This document shows positions 29,658 to 42,816 of a DNA stretch of 64,000 nucleotides, one piece after another (the first letter of the stretch is position 1; every line of letters begins with the position of its first letter). Source of the DNA: Eledone cirrhosa (lineage: Eukaryota); assembly GCA_964016885.1 (NCBI GenBank), contig OZ024746.1, positions 99,572,001 to 99,636,000 on the forward strand, read 5' to 3'. The notes beneath the pieces are model-generated. The model had not been told where the DNA came from and ran no database searches. It worked only from the letters and a program-made list of their open reading frames with translations. Position numbers and translations under genes: made by a program.

Positions 29658-29764
29658 AAAGTAAGTCCATAGAATCATTTGATAAAATATATTACTGTAT
29701 TCTTCTCTCAATCAGCATAATCAGCCACACAAAAAATCAATATATATATATATATATATATATA

Positions 29765-29822
29765 TAGATGTAAGTATGTATGTATACGTACATACATATA
29801 TGTATACAGACGTACAGTAGCA

Positions 29823-29884
<62 letters not shown>

Positions 29885-30313
29885 CGGGTACACATACATA
29901 TATGCACGTATCAGTTTAGCGGACGCTTATTATAACGCCGCTTTGTTCGTTTGTAAACAAACTGAACAGCCTGAATTTATGCCATACGGTGTTAAGGCAA
30001 CCACGTCACCTTTTTGTTCAACACTGACGCAGGAACGATGTACTAGTTTCAGCTTGTTAGCTATCATCAGCACCGTATACCCATCTGCCAGATAGTTGAA
30101 CGTTCGAAAGTATATACTTTCCTTATGAAAATTAACGGCTGAGCAGCCTAATTTGCATATTGAGTGAGTTAAATCGGTCAGGCATACCGAAAACGGATAA
30201 GTTGAAATAAAATGAAAACGAAATTTCATTTCTCACTCTTAGTATGGCACTTACTTAGATGTAAGTATGTATGTATACGTACATACATATATGTATACAG
30301 ACGTACAGTAGCA

Positions 30314-30359
<46 letters not shown>

Positions 30360-30788
30360 CGGGTACACATACATATATGCACGTATCAGTTTAGCGGACG
30401 CTTATTATAACGCCGCTTTGTTCGTTTGTAAACAAACTGAACAGCCTGAATGTATGCCATACGGTGTTAAGGCAACCACGTCACCTTTTTGTTCAACACT
30501 GACACAGGAACGATGTACTAGTTTCAAGCTTGTTAGCTATCATCAGCACCCTATACCCATCTGCCAGATAGTTGAACGTTCGAAAGTATATACTTTCCTT
30601 ATGAAAATTAACGGCTGAGCAGCCTAATTTGCATATTGAGTGAATTAAATCGGTCAGGCATACCGAAAACGATAAGTTGAAATAAAATGAAAACGAAATT
30701 TCATTTCTCACTCTTAGTATGGCACTTACTTAGATGTAAGTATGTATGTATACGTACATACATATATGTATACAGACGTACAGTAGCA

Positions 30789-30832
<44 letters not shown>

Positions 30833-31261
30833 CGGGTACACATACATATATGCACGTATCAGTTTAGCGGACGCTTATTATAACGCCGCTTTGTTCGTTT
30901 GTAAACAAACTGAACAGCCTGAATTTATGCCATACGGTGTTAAGGCAACCACGTCACCTTTTTGTTCAACACTGACACAGGAACGATGTACTAGTTTCAA
31001 GCTTGTTAGCTATCATCAGCACCGTATACCCATCTGCCAGATAGTTGAACGTTCGAAAGTATATACTTTCCTTATGAAAATTAACGGCTGAGCAGCCTAA
31101 TTTGCATATTGAGTGAATTAAATCGGTCAGGCATACCGAAAACGATAAGTTGAAATAAAATGAAAACGAAATTTCATTTCTCACTCTTAGTATGGCACTT
31201 ACTTAGATGTAAGTATGTACATATACGTACATACATATATGTATACAGACGTACAGTAGCA

Positions 31262-31327
<66 letters not shown>

Positions 31328-31436
31328 CGGGTACACATACATATATGCACGTATCAGTTTAGCGGACGCTTATTATAAAGCGGCGTTATAATAAGCGTCC
31401 GCTAAACTGATACGTGCATATATGTATGTGTACCCG

Positions 31437-31467
<31 letters not shown>

Positions 31468-31582
31468 GCATGCTACTGTACGTCTGTATACATATATGTA
31501 TGTACGTATACATAGATACTTACATCTAAGTAAGTGCCATACTAAGAGTGAGAAATGAAATTTCGTTTTCATTTTATTTCAA

Positions 31583-31587
<5 letters not shown>
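29765..31587. repeat. ~475-bp tandem repeat (3 full plus 1 partial copy) ending in a fold-back inversion
   Basis: Units start at 29765, 30256, 30731 and 31204; 31379-31587 is the reverse complement of the preceding unit sequence. Confidence 0.92.
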
Positions 31588-31630
<43 letters not shown>

Positions 31631-32606
31631 AATGAAAAATGGCGTGCTGTGTTGTTGCAATTGTGATATACAAATTAAAATGAAGAATTAGAAATAGAAG
31701 CCAGGACTATCCATCATCAGTGATCTACTAGCCATCATAGGTATTTATTCGCATTAAACACCAGATACCTCGGGCTAGCGCGATACAATAACTAAAATAA
31801 GTTATTGGGGTAAAAAGAATTGGGCGAAGAAATAGAGACAGGTAAACAAACACGAATTGTGAGGGAACGTAAAGAGAGGAAAAAATAAGAAAATCAAGTT
31901 AATGATTCATTTGAACTTGCGAATATTGACGAGAAGACGAAAGACGCATCCCAATCGTGCGAAAGTAAGCGTAGAAAGAATTTCGCACGGTGTGGGACGA
32001 TGGGGGAAGTGAGAGAGGAGGTGAGTAGCAGACAGTGAGTGAGTGAAAGTGTGAGAAAGAAGGAGAGAGAAAGGGGATAGCAGTAAGGAAAGAGAAAAAG
32101 ACAGGTCACAGCGAAGGGGAAAGCATATAGGAATGAAAAATGATAACATGTAACCCAGTACAACCTGTCGCATGGCCGGATCGTCGGCAACCCGACCAAT
32201 TTTACTTGTTGAGGGGGTGATGTTGGGTACCATGCAGGACGAAAAACAAAACCTGACAAAGGGCGGAAGAACTCATAAGAGTCAACGGCCATTTAAAGTG
32301 TGTAAATATTGATATACACATACGCGCGGTAAAACCACTGGGAGTGAAGGACCCCTAGCCTTTGTCAGGGCATTCTTCTAGGAGAAGGCAACTCAGGAAA
32401 CTGGGCTAACTCCGATATAAAACCTGCGGCTCAGTAGTTACCGATGATGATGATCTTTTCTTCTTTTCGGGTTATAGCTACTGTCGCCCAGAGAGTGGGA
32501 TTGGCTCAGTGCACAGTCTTTCCTCACTTTAAAACATATCTTCACGCACAGGCATTGCTCGATAATGGTATATCATGCACTGGCCATACTCGATAACGAG
32601 GGGGCA

Positions 32607-32611
<5 letters not shown>

Positions 32612-32649
<38 letters not shown>

Positions 32650-32654
32650 GTATG

Positions 32655-32714
<60 letters not shown>

Positions 32715-32748
32715 GTTAAAAGAATAGAGGTATATATATATGTATATA

Positions 32749-32793
<45 letters not shown>

Positions 32794-32794
32794 G

Positions 32795-32825
<31 letters not shown>

Positions 32826-32914
32826 GTATATATATATGTATATATATATGTATATGTATATATATATGTATATATATATGTATATATATATATATGTATA
32901 TGTATATATATATG

Positions 32915-32945
<31 letters not shown>

Positions 32946-33162
32946 GTATATATATATATGTATATATATATATGTATATATATATATATGTATATATATA
33001 TGTATATATATATGTATATATATATATATGTATATATATATGTATATATATATGTATATATATATGTATATATATATGTATGTATATATATATGTATATA
33101 TATATGTATATATATATATATGTATATATATATGTATATATATATATATGTATATATATATG

Positions 33163-33195
<33 letters not shown>

Positions 33196-33418
33196 GTATA
33201 TATATATGTATATATATATATATGTATATATATATGTATATATATATATATGTATATATATATGTATATATATATGTATATATGTATATATATGTATATA
33301 TATGTCTCTATATATATATGTATATATATATATGTCTATATATATGTATATATATATGTATATATGTATATATATGTATATATATGTCTCTATATATATA
33401 TGTATATATATATATGTC

Positions 33419-33451
<33 letters not shown>

Positions 33452-33468
33452 GGATATATGGATGTATG

Positions 33469-33501
<33 letters not shown>

Positions 33502-33530
33502 GGATATATGGATGTATGTATATATATACA

Positions 33531-33570
<40 letters not shown>

Positions 33571-33584
33571 CATATACATATGCG

Positions 33585-33615
<31 letters not shown>

Positions 33616-33625
33616 CTGTGTGTGT
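32612..33625. repeat. (TA)n/TG compound microsatellite
   Basis: Seen directly. Confidence 0.95.
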
Positions 33626-33802
33626 GCAATGTAAACAACAATTACAGGACATCAGGAGAAATAGATATGTAAGGTAAACCTGTGGTCGTCTGTTCTTAGT
33701 AAACAAAAAACATGTATAACTACAATAGATATATAATTATAAGTACAAAGTTCAAAAGACCATTATCTAGAGATGACTCAAATGTATATTACATGTCCAT
33801 AT

Positions 33803-34081
33803 ACAGTGTATCCCCTACATTCGTGGAATTGTAAATATTCGCGATTTTTAATGACTTTTTCCTGGCAATATATATTTTTAAACTCTAAATTGTTGATAAC
33901 AATATACTGTATTTGCCGGCCTATAGGACGCCCCTTCATATACGTGGTTCTCTCTTTTTATTAACTTTACGTTATATTTTGACGTTTATAGGCATTTTTA
34001 TGGTCCACGTTCAATAATCGCGGATTTTCACTCTTCGCGGGTGATCTAGGAACGTAACCTCTTGCGCATACTGGGGCACAA

Positions 34082-34085
<4 letters not shown>
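33803..34085. mobile_element. Tigger/pogo-like MITE, degenerate
   Basis: TA-CAGTGTATCCCCTACATTCG ... CGCATACTGGGGCACAACTG-TA imperfect TIRs. Confidence 0.5.
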
Positions 34086-34147
<62 letters not shown>

Positions 34148-35059
34148 CGAAGGAATTGTGTAAGGAACCAGATGGACCATAACGCACCAGAGTACTCAAT
34201 ACTTAGAGTAGCAGAATAGGTAATAGGAAAAGGTATGACCCCGACGGCAGAGCTCAAGCCATTTCGACGGCTATTTCTGGACAATAATTGTAACACACAA
34301 TAAAAGTATATGTTCCTATGTAAATAATACACATAGGGATACAAGTATAGTCCGACCGTATGCCAGTGTGGTTCAATGGTAAGTTAATAAATTAACAAGC
34401 CAGAACATATAAAATCAAGGGAAAGCAAATAAAGAAAAATTTTTAAATAAATTTCAAAAAATTCACTGTACTTACTATATGTGCCTTTACCGCGTTTTCA
34501 GATCCCAAACAAATAGACAATCCAAACGGATTTCTATTGAGAAAGAGATCCTCGTCAGAAGGCTTTTCTCTCTTGGAGAATATAAAATTCCCGGGTTCAA
34601 ATTACAAACTGGCGCCATACAAAACTGTCCCAGAATGAGAGCAAATGAATGATGAAACAATTTTGTCTAGTACTGAGTACAAAGACTGAAAGCAAGGTGG
34701 AGAGTTCAGTCTCTTGCTACTAAAAATAGCAGCCGTTCAAATGACCAAAGGTTTCTCTACTATTATTTACAGGTAGGAACACGTAGATTGGCAGTATCGG
34801 TAGAGGGTCGGACGCTATGCTTTGCAGCAAAAAAGAGTTATGTCCCTTTATGGTCTGAGTTCAAATCCCGCCGAGGTTAACTTTGCCTTTCATCCTTACG
34901 GGGTCGATAAAATAAAGTACCAGTAATACACTGGGATAATTGCTGGCCTTGTGCAAAAGTAGAAATAATTATTATTAACGGTAGAGAAGAAGAAGAAGAA
35001 GAAGATGTGTTGATATTTTAATTCATTATTGATTGTCTTACTGCTGCTTTGACTTAATC

Positions 35060-35116
<57 letters not shown>

Positions 35117-35799
35117 TTATCAACTACGTCGCGAGGAATCTGCAGTGAATTGGAAGATGAAGAGATTACTTTAGAATGGATAAATACGAAAAATCTGATA
35201 ACAAAAACCTTATCACGTGACAGCATTTAATTGGTGTCATTTAACGAATGACATCTAATATATAGATTACAATTCTTATAAGAATTTAACATTTATAGCT
35301 TTTATATTCTCTCTTCGTATTCCACAAGTCACTGTCAAGTCTTTCTACACAATCAATAGTTATTGATTAAGGTCTAATACCTTTGACAACATTCAACTGA
35401 AGTTACTTTTGATATTTGGATCCCAGTGTTGTGACGCCTACACCAAAACGTAAGCTATTAGCTTCACTGTCCAAGTCTGATTCTCGTTCCATTATTTTAT
35501 ACATGAATGACATGCTATCTCTTTCAACTTCCATATAACATTTATGAAATGTTACTAGGATGAGAAAAATGTACTCAATAGTGTTGTATAACTATATACC
35601 TTGTATTTAGTTCATGCGCTCCAATGATTCTCAGTTATAACACAGAGCTTTTTATAATGATAAAACTCAAGGAATCTGGTATTAAACAGACTAGCAGAAA
35701 AATGGCGGTTTTCTTCTAGCATATGTAGTATGCATATTGGTATTATACGCAAATATATATGCATATAGATATATGAAAATTGAAAAGTTTATTGACAAT

Positions 35800-36470
35800 A
35801 TCTTCTTCTTCACCCATTTATTTCTGAGAGGGTCGTAGGGGCAGAGTCCTTCTCAAACACTCCTTCCAGCGAGTATGTCAGAAGCAAACATCTCTAACTG
35901 ATCCAGCTGAATCCCAAAGCGTGACCAGCCAATCTCATGGATGTTATCCAGCTAACTTGCTCAGGGTCTACCTCTGGGTCTCTTGCAGGCTGGGTTTACC
36001 TGTAAAATGTGTCCAGCGATTCTTTACTGAGACATTATAATATCGGAGTTGTGATTTCTCAATTCGGTGAAGTAGCGGCTCAATCAGGAGTGACTCTCTG
36101 ATCTCTGAGCTATGCATTTATCGAGTAACGTTACTCCAAAGACCCTTCGGAGAAATGTCATTTCTGCCGCTTTTATTTGCAATTGTATTCTTTTGGTCAT
36201 TACTCAAGATTCATGATCTTCGGTAAGAGTTGGCAGGAGTACGAGGAAGAGAGCGAGTTTGGTTTTTACACCTACCCCCTTCATCTGATTGCTGAAGCTG
36301 GCACATTACTGCATCAGCTTTTGCAATCCTTGCACTTAATTCAGCCTCCTGCATTCCATCACTCATGAACACGGCTCCAAGATACTTGAACTTCTCTAAC
36401 TGCTTCAGTAGACCTCCATTCACATGTATATAAATTTGAGGGACTTTTGTCCACCCGTCCATCAAGCAAT
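35800..36470 (-). mobile_element. RTE-like LINE 3' fragment (RT C-terminal region)
   Basis: ORF piece IHVNGGLLKQLEKFKYLGAVFMSDG...ELSARIAKA matches the RTE reverse-transcriptase C-terminal region; TCTTCTTCT tail at the left end. Confidence 0.82.
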
Positions 36471-36637
36471 ATGTATGTGTGTTTGTGTGAATGTATGTGT
36501 GTGTAAAAGGAAGGAAAGGGATACACTCATACATATGTCTAAATTAAAAACAGTGATACACACACACGTGACTCTAATTTAAGAACGCCGACAAACTCAC
36601 GCGCGCGCACATACACACACTGTCCTATTACCACTCA

Positions 36638-37310
36638 AGAGCTTTCGCCCGGGCACACATCGCCTCAATTTTGGAACCGTCTGGGTTGTCCTGAATTGAT
36701 GGGAAAAGACTTGACGGTGTTACTCTGTGCTCCTGGTCAAGAGGCAGGTGCTTTACCTGGGACGTCACAGTTAGTGACTCTTTTGCTTCTTCCCACATCC
36801 TGGATGCAGCGGTAAGGGTGAGAGCTACAGCATCCGCAGTTTAACGGAACAAAATCCTAAAATACTGTGTTCTGTCAGCTAACTACATTATCCAGCCTGT
36901 GGTGTTCGAGACGCTTGGGGGAGTCCGACTACTGACAGCGAGGTTCTTATCTTCACTGGCGGCTCGCCAAACAGAGGTAACTGGTGATGCTCGTGAGGGC
37001 ACTTGGTTGTTCCAGCACCTCAGCCTCGCCATCACCCCAGGTAAGGCTGCGAGCGTGCTGGCTTGCCTCAAAAATTATTAGAGAGGTTTCTCAGTGTTCC
37101 TCGCTATATTGCTATCTTTTGCTCTGGTAGCGTCTGGTTTTTTGCCACTCATTCGCTTGCATATTGTTCTGTGGCCTAAGATTTGTGTATTAACCTGCTT
37201 GTGTATTTTTTTCTCTTTCATTTTTTCCTTTCCCTTTCCTTTGAATATATTATATTTGTTAGTATTTTCGTTCTGTAACCATTATATTAAATGAGTTAAA
37301 AAAAAAGAGT
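36638..37310 (+). mobile_element. CRE-clade-like non-LTR retrotransposon 3' fragment with restriction-like endonuclease (two in-frame stops) and A-rich tail
   Basis: A single frame reads RAFARAHIASILEPSGLS*IDGKRLDGVTLCSWSRGRCFTWDVTVSDSFA...K..KY...PVVFETLG...GDAREGTWLFQHLSLAITPGKAASVL, a PD..D-type RLE domain; poly(A) near 37297-37306. Confidence 0.82.
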
Positions 37311-37379
37311 TAATAAATAAATAAAACGTTATACTTGTTTTACCCTCCAATTTCCAATTCACCGAACGCTGCTATCATG

Positions 37380-37715
37380 ACTGTATGTGTGTGTTTGTGT
37401 AAATGTATATGTGTGAATGTATGTATGTTTGTGTGAAAGTATGTGTGAATGTATGTGTATTTGTGTGCATGTATGTATGTTTGTGTGAAAGTATGTGTGA
37501 ATGTATGTGTATATGTGTGAATGTATGTATGTTTGTGTGAAAGTATATGTGTGAATGTATGTATGTTTGTGTCAAAGTATGTGTGAATGTATGTATATAT
37601 GTGTGAATGTATGTATGTTTGTGTGAAAGTATATGTGTGAATGTATGTATGTTTGTGTCAAAGTATGTGTGAATGTATGTATATTTGTGTGAAAGTATGT
37701 GTATTTGTGTGAACT
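37380..37715. repeat. GT-rich minisatellite (GTATGTGTGAAT-like units)
   Basis: Seen directly. Confidence 0.9.
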
Positions 37716-37997
37716 ATGTCCGGGAGCGTCTATTTTTATAAGTTTGTGTTTGCACGATTATAGTTATCTACTCATAATACTCATACATATAGATGTATGT
37801 ATGTGCACACTCATACGCGTCAGCGCGTAGAAAATCATAATCTCTCTATCTCTTTCATCACACACACTCTCTCTCTCTTTCTATATATATATGGTAGTTG
37901 AAGTGGTGGTGGTGGCGACGATATACTGGAAGAGCAACTTTGAAAAGAAGTCAATTTTAAACAGCTCAAGGTTCGATCTCCATCGATCGGGCCCGAC

Positions 37998-38091
37998 TCT
38001 GGAATAAAAAGCTCATCAGACTTCTGTTAGCTTGATGAAGGAATGATTCGCCATTAAGCTAACAGAAGTCTGATGAGCTTTTGATTCCAGA
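37998..38091. repeat. 40-bp near-perfect inverted repeat with a 14-nt loop
   Basis: TCTGGAATAAAAAGCTCATCAGACTTCTGTTAGCTTGATG / CATTAAGCTAACAGAAGTCTGATGAGCTTTTGATTCCAGA. Confidence 0.9.
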
Positions 38092-38579
38092 AATTGAACT
38101 TTGAGCAGATCAATCACGAAACGTGCGTCACACCTACATAAACTTAATGAAGATCTGACACTTCGGCTATACTTGTTATTAATGTTACACTGCTTAGTAC
38201 AATCCCAAATTATATATTGGAGACTACGCATCGGGTGGTCACTTTTGTGAAACGACAGTAAGTTGTCGTTACTGTCATATCCTGGGTTCAATCGGGGGTA
38301 ACAACAGTAAGTAAGGTACTCAAGAGAGTATAAATATTTAATATAGAAATGGTTTCTACAGGAAGCTTCTCGATGATTTCTCCTGAATGAAACAGTTCTA
38401 GTCCTTTAGAAGCCATTTCTCTCTCTCTTTCTCTCTCTCTCTCCCTCTATCTCCCCCCCTCTCTCTGTATATATATATATATATGAGCTAAGAGATATTT
38501 AATTTGTTGGTAATTCAACAAATATATATATATTTATAACAGATTCGAAGCACTCGACAGTTTTCTGGGGTATAATATC

Positions 38580-38898
38580 AATGATATTAATAAATGGAAA
38601 CTATGTTTATAAAACCATATTTATTCTATTATATATATTTCAAGGGTACCAAAAACTTTGATACGCTCTCATCCGATAAAATAGAAAGTTTGTTTTATAA
38701 ATATTGACATATCCAAGAATGAGACCCTAACGGGTAAAACTTGAACCGTTAAGGTCTCATTCTTGGATATGTCAATATTTATAAAACAAACTTTCTATTT
38801 TATCGGATGAGAGCGTACCAAAGTTTTGGTAGCCTTGAAATATATATAATAGAATAAATATGGTTTTATAAATATAGTTTCCATTTATTAATATCATT
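38580..38898. repeat. ~154-bp-arm palindrome (fold-back) with a 12-nt spacer
   Basis: Arms 38580-38733 and 38746-38898 are reverse complements with few mismatches. Confidence 0.93.
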
Positions 38899-39621
38899 CA
38901 TATATATATATATATATCGTCGAGGTCATACTATATATATAATGTTTTAAAAATGACATTATATATATATATATATATAATTTCATTTTTAAAACATTCA
39001 CGTTCATCTTTGGCTAATTAAAAATTGAATGATTTTTTTTTTTCTTTTTAAAGAAAGAGAAAATATAAATGATTCTAAAAATATTTCAAATGGAAATTAT
39101 TCGTTTTTTTTTTTTTAATCGAGAATATAACAAAACTTTTAAAAAGTTAAATGGCACTAGCACGCTCGTGTCCCTGAGACATTCACTAGAAATGTTGACA
39201 GCAGATAATTGTTTCTACTTTTTGGCACAAGGCCAGCAATTACCCAGTGCATTACTGGTACTTTATTTTATCGACCCCGTAAGGATGAAAGGCAAAGTTA
39301 ACCTCGGCGAGATTCGAACACAGAATGGCAAGGGCCGTAACTCTATGCGTCAAAACATAGCGTCCGACCCTCTACCGATACTGCCAATCCACCACCCATG
39401 TTGACAGATAATGATATAAAAACAACATAGCTATCCATTGACTGTGAAAGTAAAATATTACATGTTGAGTTCATGCCTCTTTCTTTGGGTATGTTTTCAG
39501 TGTATTGGTGTTAAAAAAACATCGACACACTTCCAGGTGCATACGTCTGTTCTAGAAATAACAAACTTTCATAACTAACACACACACACACATATACATA
39601 TATGTATGTATGTGTATATAT

Positions 39622-39653
<32 letters not shown>

Positions 39654-39877
39654 TAGAAACATAAGCACAGGTATGACATAGCTGGATATTAAGTTATGGT
39701 GCACAGACAATATGGTATATTTGGATCTGATGATAGTATTGGCTTTGGGTTAACGTGACGCACCTGCACTTAATGACAGAATACTTGTCATTCCTCGTAA
39801 GAGAGCAACCTGGCCATATGTTGACGAACGAAAGCAACGTATTACGAACTATTTTGCTGCAGCCTTAATATAAATGT

Positions 39878-40140
39878 GGGGACACGTGGCCTAGTAGTAA
39901 GTATTGGACTCAAGATCATAATGTCGTGGGTTCGATTCCTGGACTGGGTTGCTTGTTGCGTTCTTGAGCACCTCATTTCACGTTGCTCTTGTATACAATA
40001 GCTGGGGGAGGCTTAACCCTGCGATGGACTGGTTTCCTGTCCAGGGGGGCTTCCTGTACTTTCAGTCGCTCAAGGCCGCTGAAACCGGGATAAGTACCGT
40101 TGATCCTCTGCGATCAAGACAGACTTTAGACTGTTTTAAC
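39878..40140 (+). mobile_element. tRNA-headed SINE with V-domain-like core
   Basis: A box TGGCCTAGTAGTAA, B box GGTTCGATTCC, core AACCCTGCGATGGACTGGTTTCCTGTCCAGGG resembling the conserved V-SINE domain. Confidence 0.65.
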
Positions 40141-40267
40141 TTTTAATATAAAACTAGACCACCTTTGACCCTTTTGGTCACGTTCACTTAAAAATAATTT
40201 TTAAGTAATTAAAATATACACAGACATGTATATAATGTAGAATGAAATTGGAAGGCCCATATATATA

Positions 40268-40966
40268 CTAGTAGATTTACCCGGCGTTGCCCGGGGTTTG
40301 AAATTATGCTAAGAATATACAGCTTGGAAGTAAAAGAGGAAAATTTTTTGTCCCCAACCTGTAAAAATAAGCAGAAGTCTTCAGTAATTAATGCAAACGA
40401 ATATTTAGTGCAATCTTTGTACACATAAAACTATGCTGATAATGAACGAAAATTTTGTTTTAACTGATTTCTTCATTGTAATAATAGTCTTTTTAATAAA
40501 TTTACAATATCCTGGAAGCATAGATAATGCTTGCCTCAAATGTGGGCGAAATTACTTTAAATGGAAAGTCCCATAAGGATTGTTTTTAGATTGACTTCTC
40601 CCTTACAGCGTACACTTTAGAAAAAATAATCTTCTTGTATTACCTCGACGGCATAAGCCATGCCTGCCTAACATTTGGTAAAAAAAAGCTCGAAAAATGT
40701 AAAAGTAATTGCAACTTTTAATTTGCATGGAAAATACCATAAGGATTTTGTCTTCATTGTTATCGCCCTTACATCATGCACTTTAGAAAAAATAATTTTG
40801 CTATCGATTTTTTATTGCTCGGCGTGGGTCGATTTGATGTGACCATCTTAGCGAGAGGTGCAACGTGCACAGAAAATTTGGTCAAATTCGGTTGGGAATT
40901 GTAAAAGCCTTAACTGTCCAAAGTTGTCCACAGACACACACACATCCTCGCTTTTATATATATAGA
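40268..40966 (-). mobile_element. Non-autonomous Helitron
   Basis: On the minus strand: A|TCTATATATATAAAAG...CCCGGGCAACGCCGGG (hairpin) TAAATCTA CTAG|T. This gives canonical 5'-TC, a 3' hairpin plus CTAG, and insertion between A and T. Confidence 0.82.
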
Positions 40967-40982
40967 TTAGAAGCATATGCAC

Positions 40983-41026
<44 letters not shown>

Positions 41027-41255
41027 GGTGTATATATATGTGTGTGTGTGTATTTGGGTGTGACTTATATATACTGGTACATACATAACAACACCATCTC
41101 GCTCTTCCATTTTCCTTCTCTCTCTCTCTATGTCTTTCTTTAAATCTAATCTCTCACGACCTCTATATCTTTCTTTCTATCTTTCTCTCTATTTATGAAG
41201 ATACCCGGAAAAAAACCCATATCTAGGGAACCTGTGCTCCGATTTACGCGAAAGT

Positions 41256-41313
<58 letters not shown>

Positions 41314-41849
41314 GTTTTCTACGAGTTCACAGCAGGAAAGAAGTTCAAAACAGACCACAGAGCCGCAGTATCTACGTATTCCGAAATGTTGATAATGTAC
41401 GATATGGAAATTGTAATATCCATAACCGGAAATTATAGGAAAGTACACGGAGAGCTTATTAGTTGTATGAGTCAAACGCAGAATTAACGATATCTGAATG
41501 AGAACACAGTCGACTCAGAAAATTCTAACCAAATCTACTTTGTATTATGTTTTCAAATGCTTCATTCAAAACGATTTTATGGTTTGCATATAACATCGAA
41601 GAATAACGACCCAAAAAATGCTTCTGAATAATTTTGAATGGAAAACATTGACTCGTAAAAATTAAATTCTTTTGACTATAAAAGGAATGAGCACAACTCA
41701 TGTCCTATTATATACAAAAGAATTGCACTTTTTAAATGCTTTTGTTACAACGTATACGTCCCAAACTGAATATCGATTGCCTCTCTTTAGAATCTTTCAT
41801 TTGTTTATTTTCTTTCATGAGTAAACATCTTTAATTTTATATATACTGT

Positions 41850-42270
41850 CTTCTTCTTCTTAGCCTACTTATTCCTGAGGGGTTGTGGTGGCAGAGTCCT
41901 CAAACACTCTTTCCAGTGGGTCCTGTCAGAAATAACCGTTTCCAACTGATCTGGCTAGATCCCAAAGTGAGACTTCTCCAAATTGAGAGATCACAGCTCC
42001 AATACTATGGACATATGGTTAGGATGTCTCGGGAAAGAATCGCTGGACATATTTTACGGGCAAAATTAACCGGCAGGAGACCCAGGATAGACGCCAAGCA
42101 AGATAGTTGGATATCCATGAGCTTGGCTATTCTCGGTTGGGGATCCAGTGGGATCAGTTGGAGACGGTTGCTTCTGACAGGACCTGCTGGAAGATGTGTT
42201 TGACGTCTCTGATCCCACGACCCTCTCAAGAAGAAGAAGAAGAAGAAGAAGAAGAAGAAGAAGAAGAAGA
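41850..42270. mobile_element. RTE-like LINE 3' fragment preceded by an inverted LINE 3' end
   Basis: 41850-41970 is a minus-strand 3' end (TCTTCTTCT tail) joined head-to-head to a plus-strand 3' fragment (QIERSQLQYYGHMVRMSRERIAGHIL) ending in (GAA)n. Confidence 0.75.
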
Positions 42271-42763
42271 AATGTTTCGTACTTGAGTAAATAGAAGAAT
42301 TAAATATGCATCTCACTGTTCAATATTTATAGAATATTTATCACATCGATTTAGAATATACCTTAAGATGAAACAGTGCCCGACTTAACGTAAGTTTTCT
42401 CTCTCATCATCAGTATATCTTGCACATCTTGTACATCTTGAAACGATCTGTACATCTATACATCTTGGAATAAACAAATATATGTAACGGATTTGAAAGA
42501 CCTCTCAAATAAACTTTAACATGCTTTTATTTTTACTTTAAAAATCTGAGACTGTGAGCATCGAAAGAAATCTATATTTGAATTTAATACCCATATAAGT
42601 CTTAATATGGCAATATTCCAACCCAGAGATTAAAGCTCCGAAGCTAAATATAGTAATTCATTTAATTCCACTCCGGTAACTTTTAAATCTTTTAGAAATC
42701 TGCGTTAAGGCTTCTTAAAGCCTAGTAGGCCTGGATACATGAGTAATTCTCCAATTAAACTAT

Positions 42764-42816
<53 letters not shown>

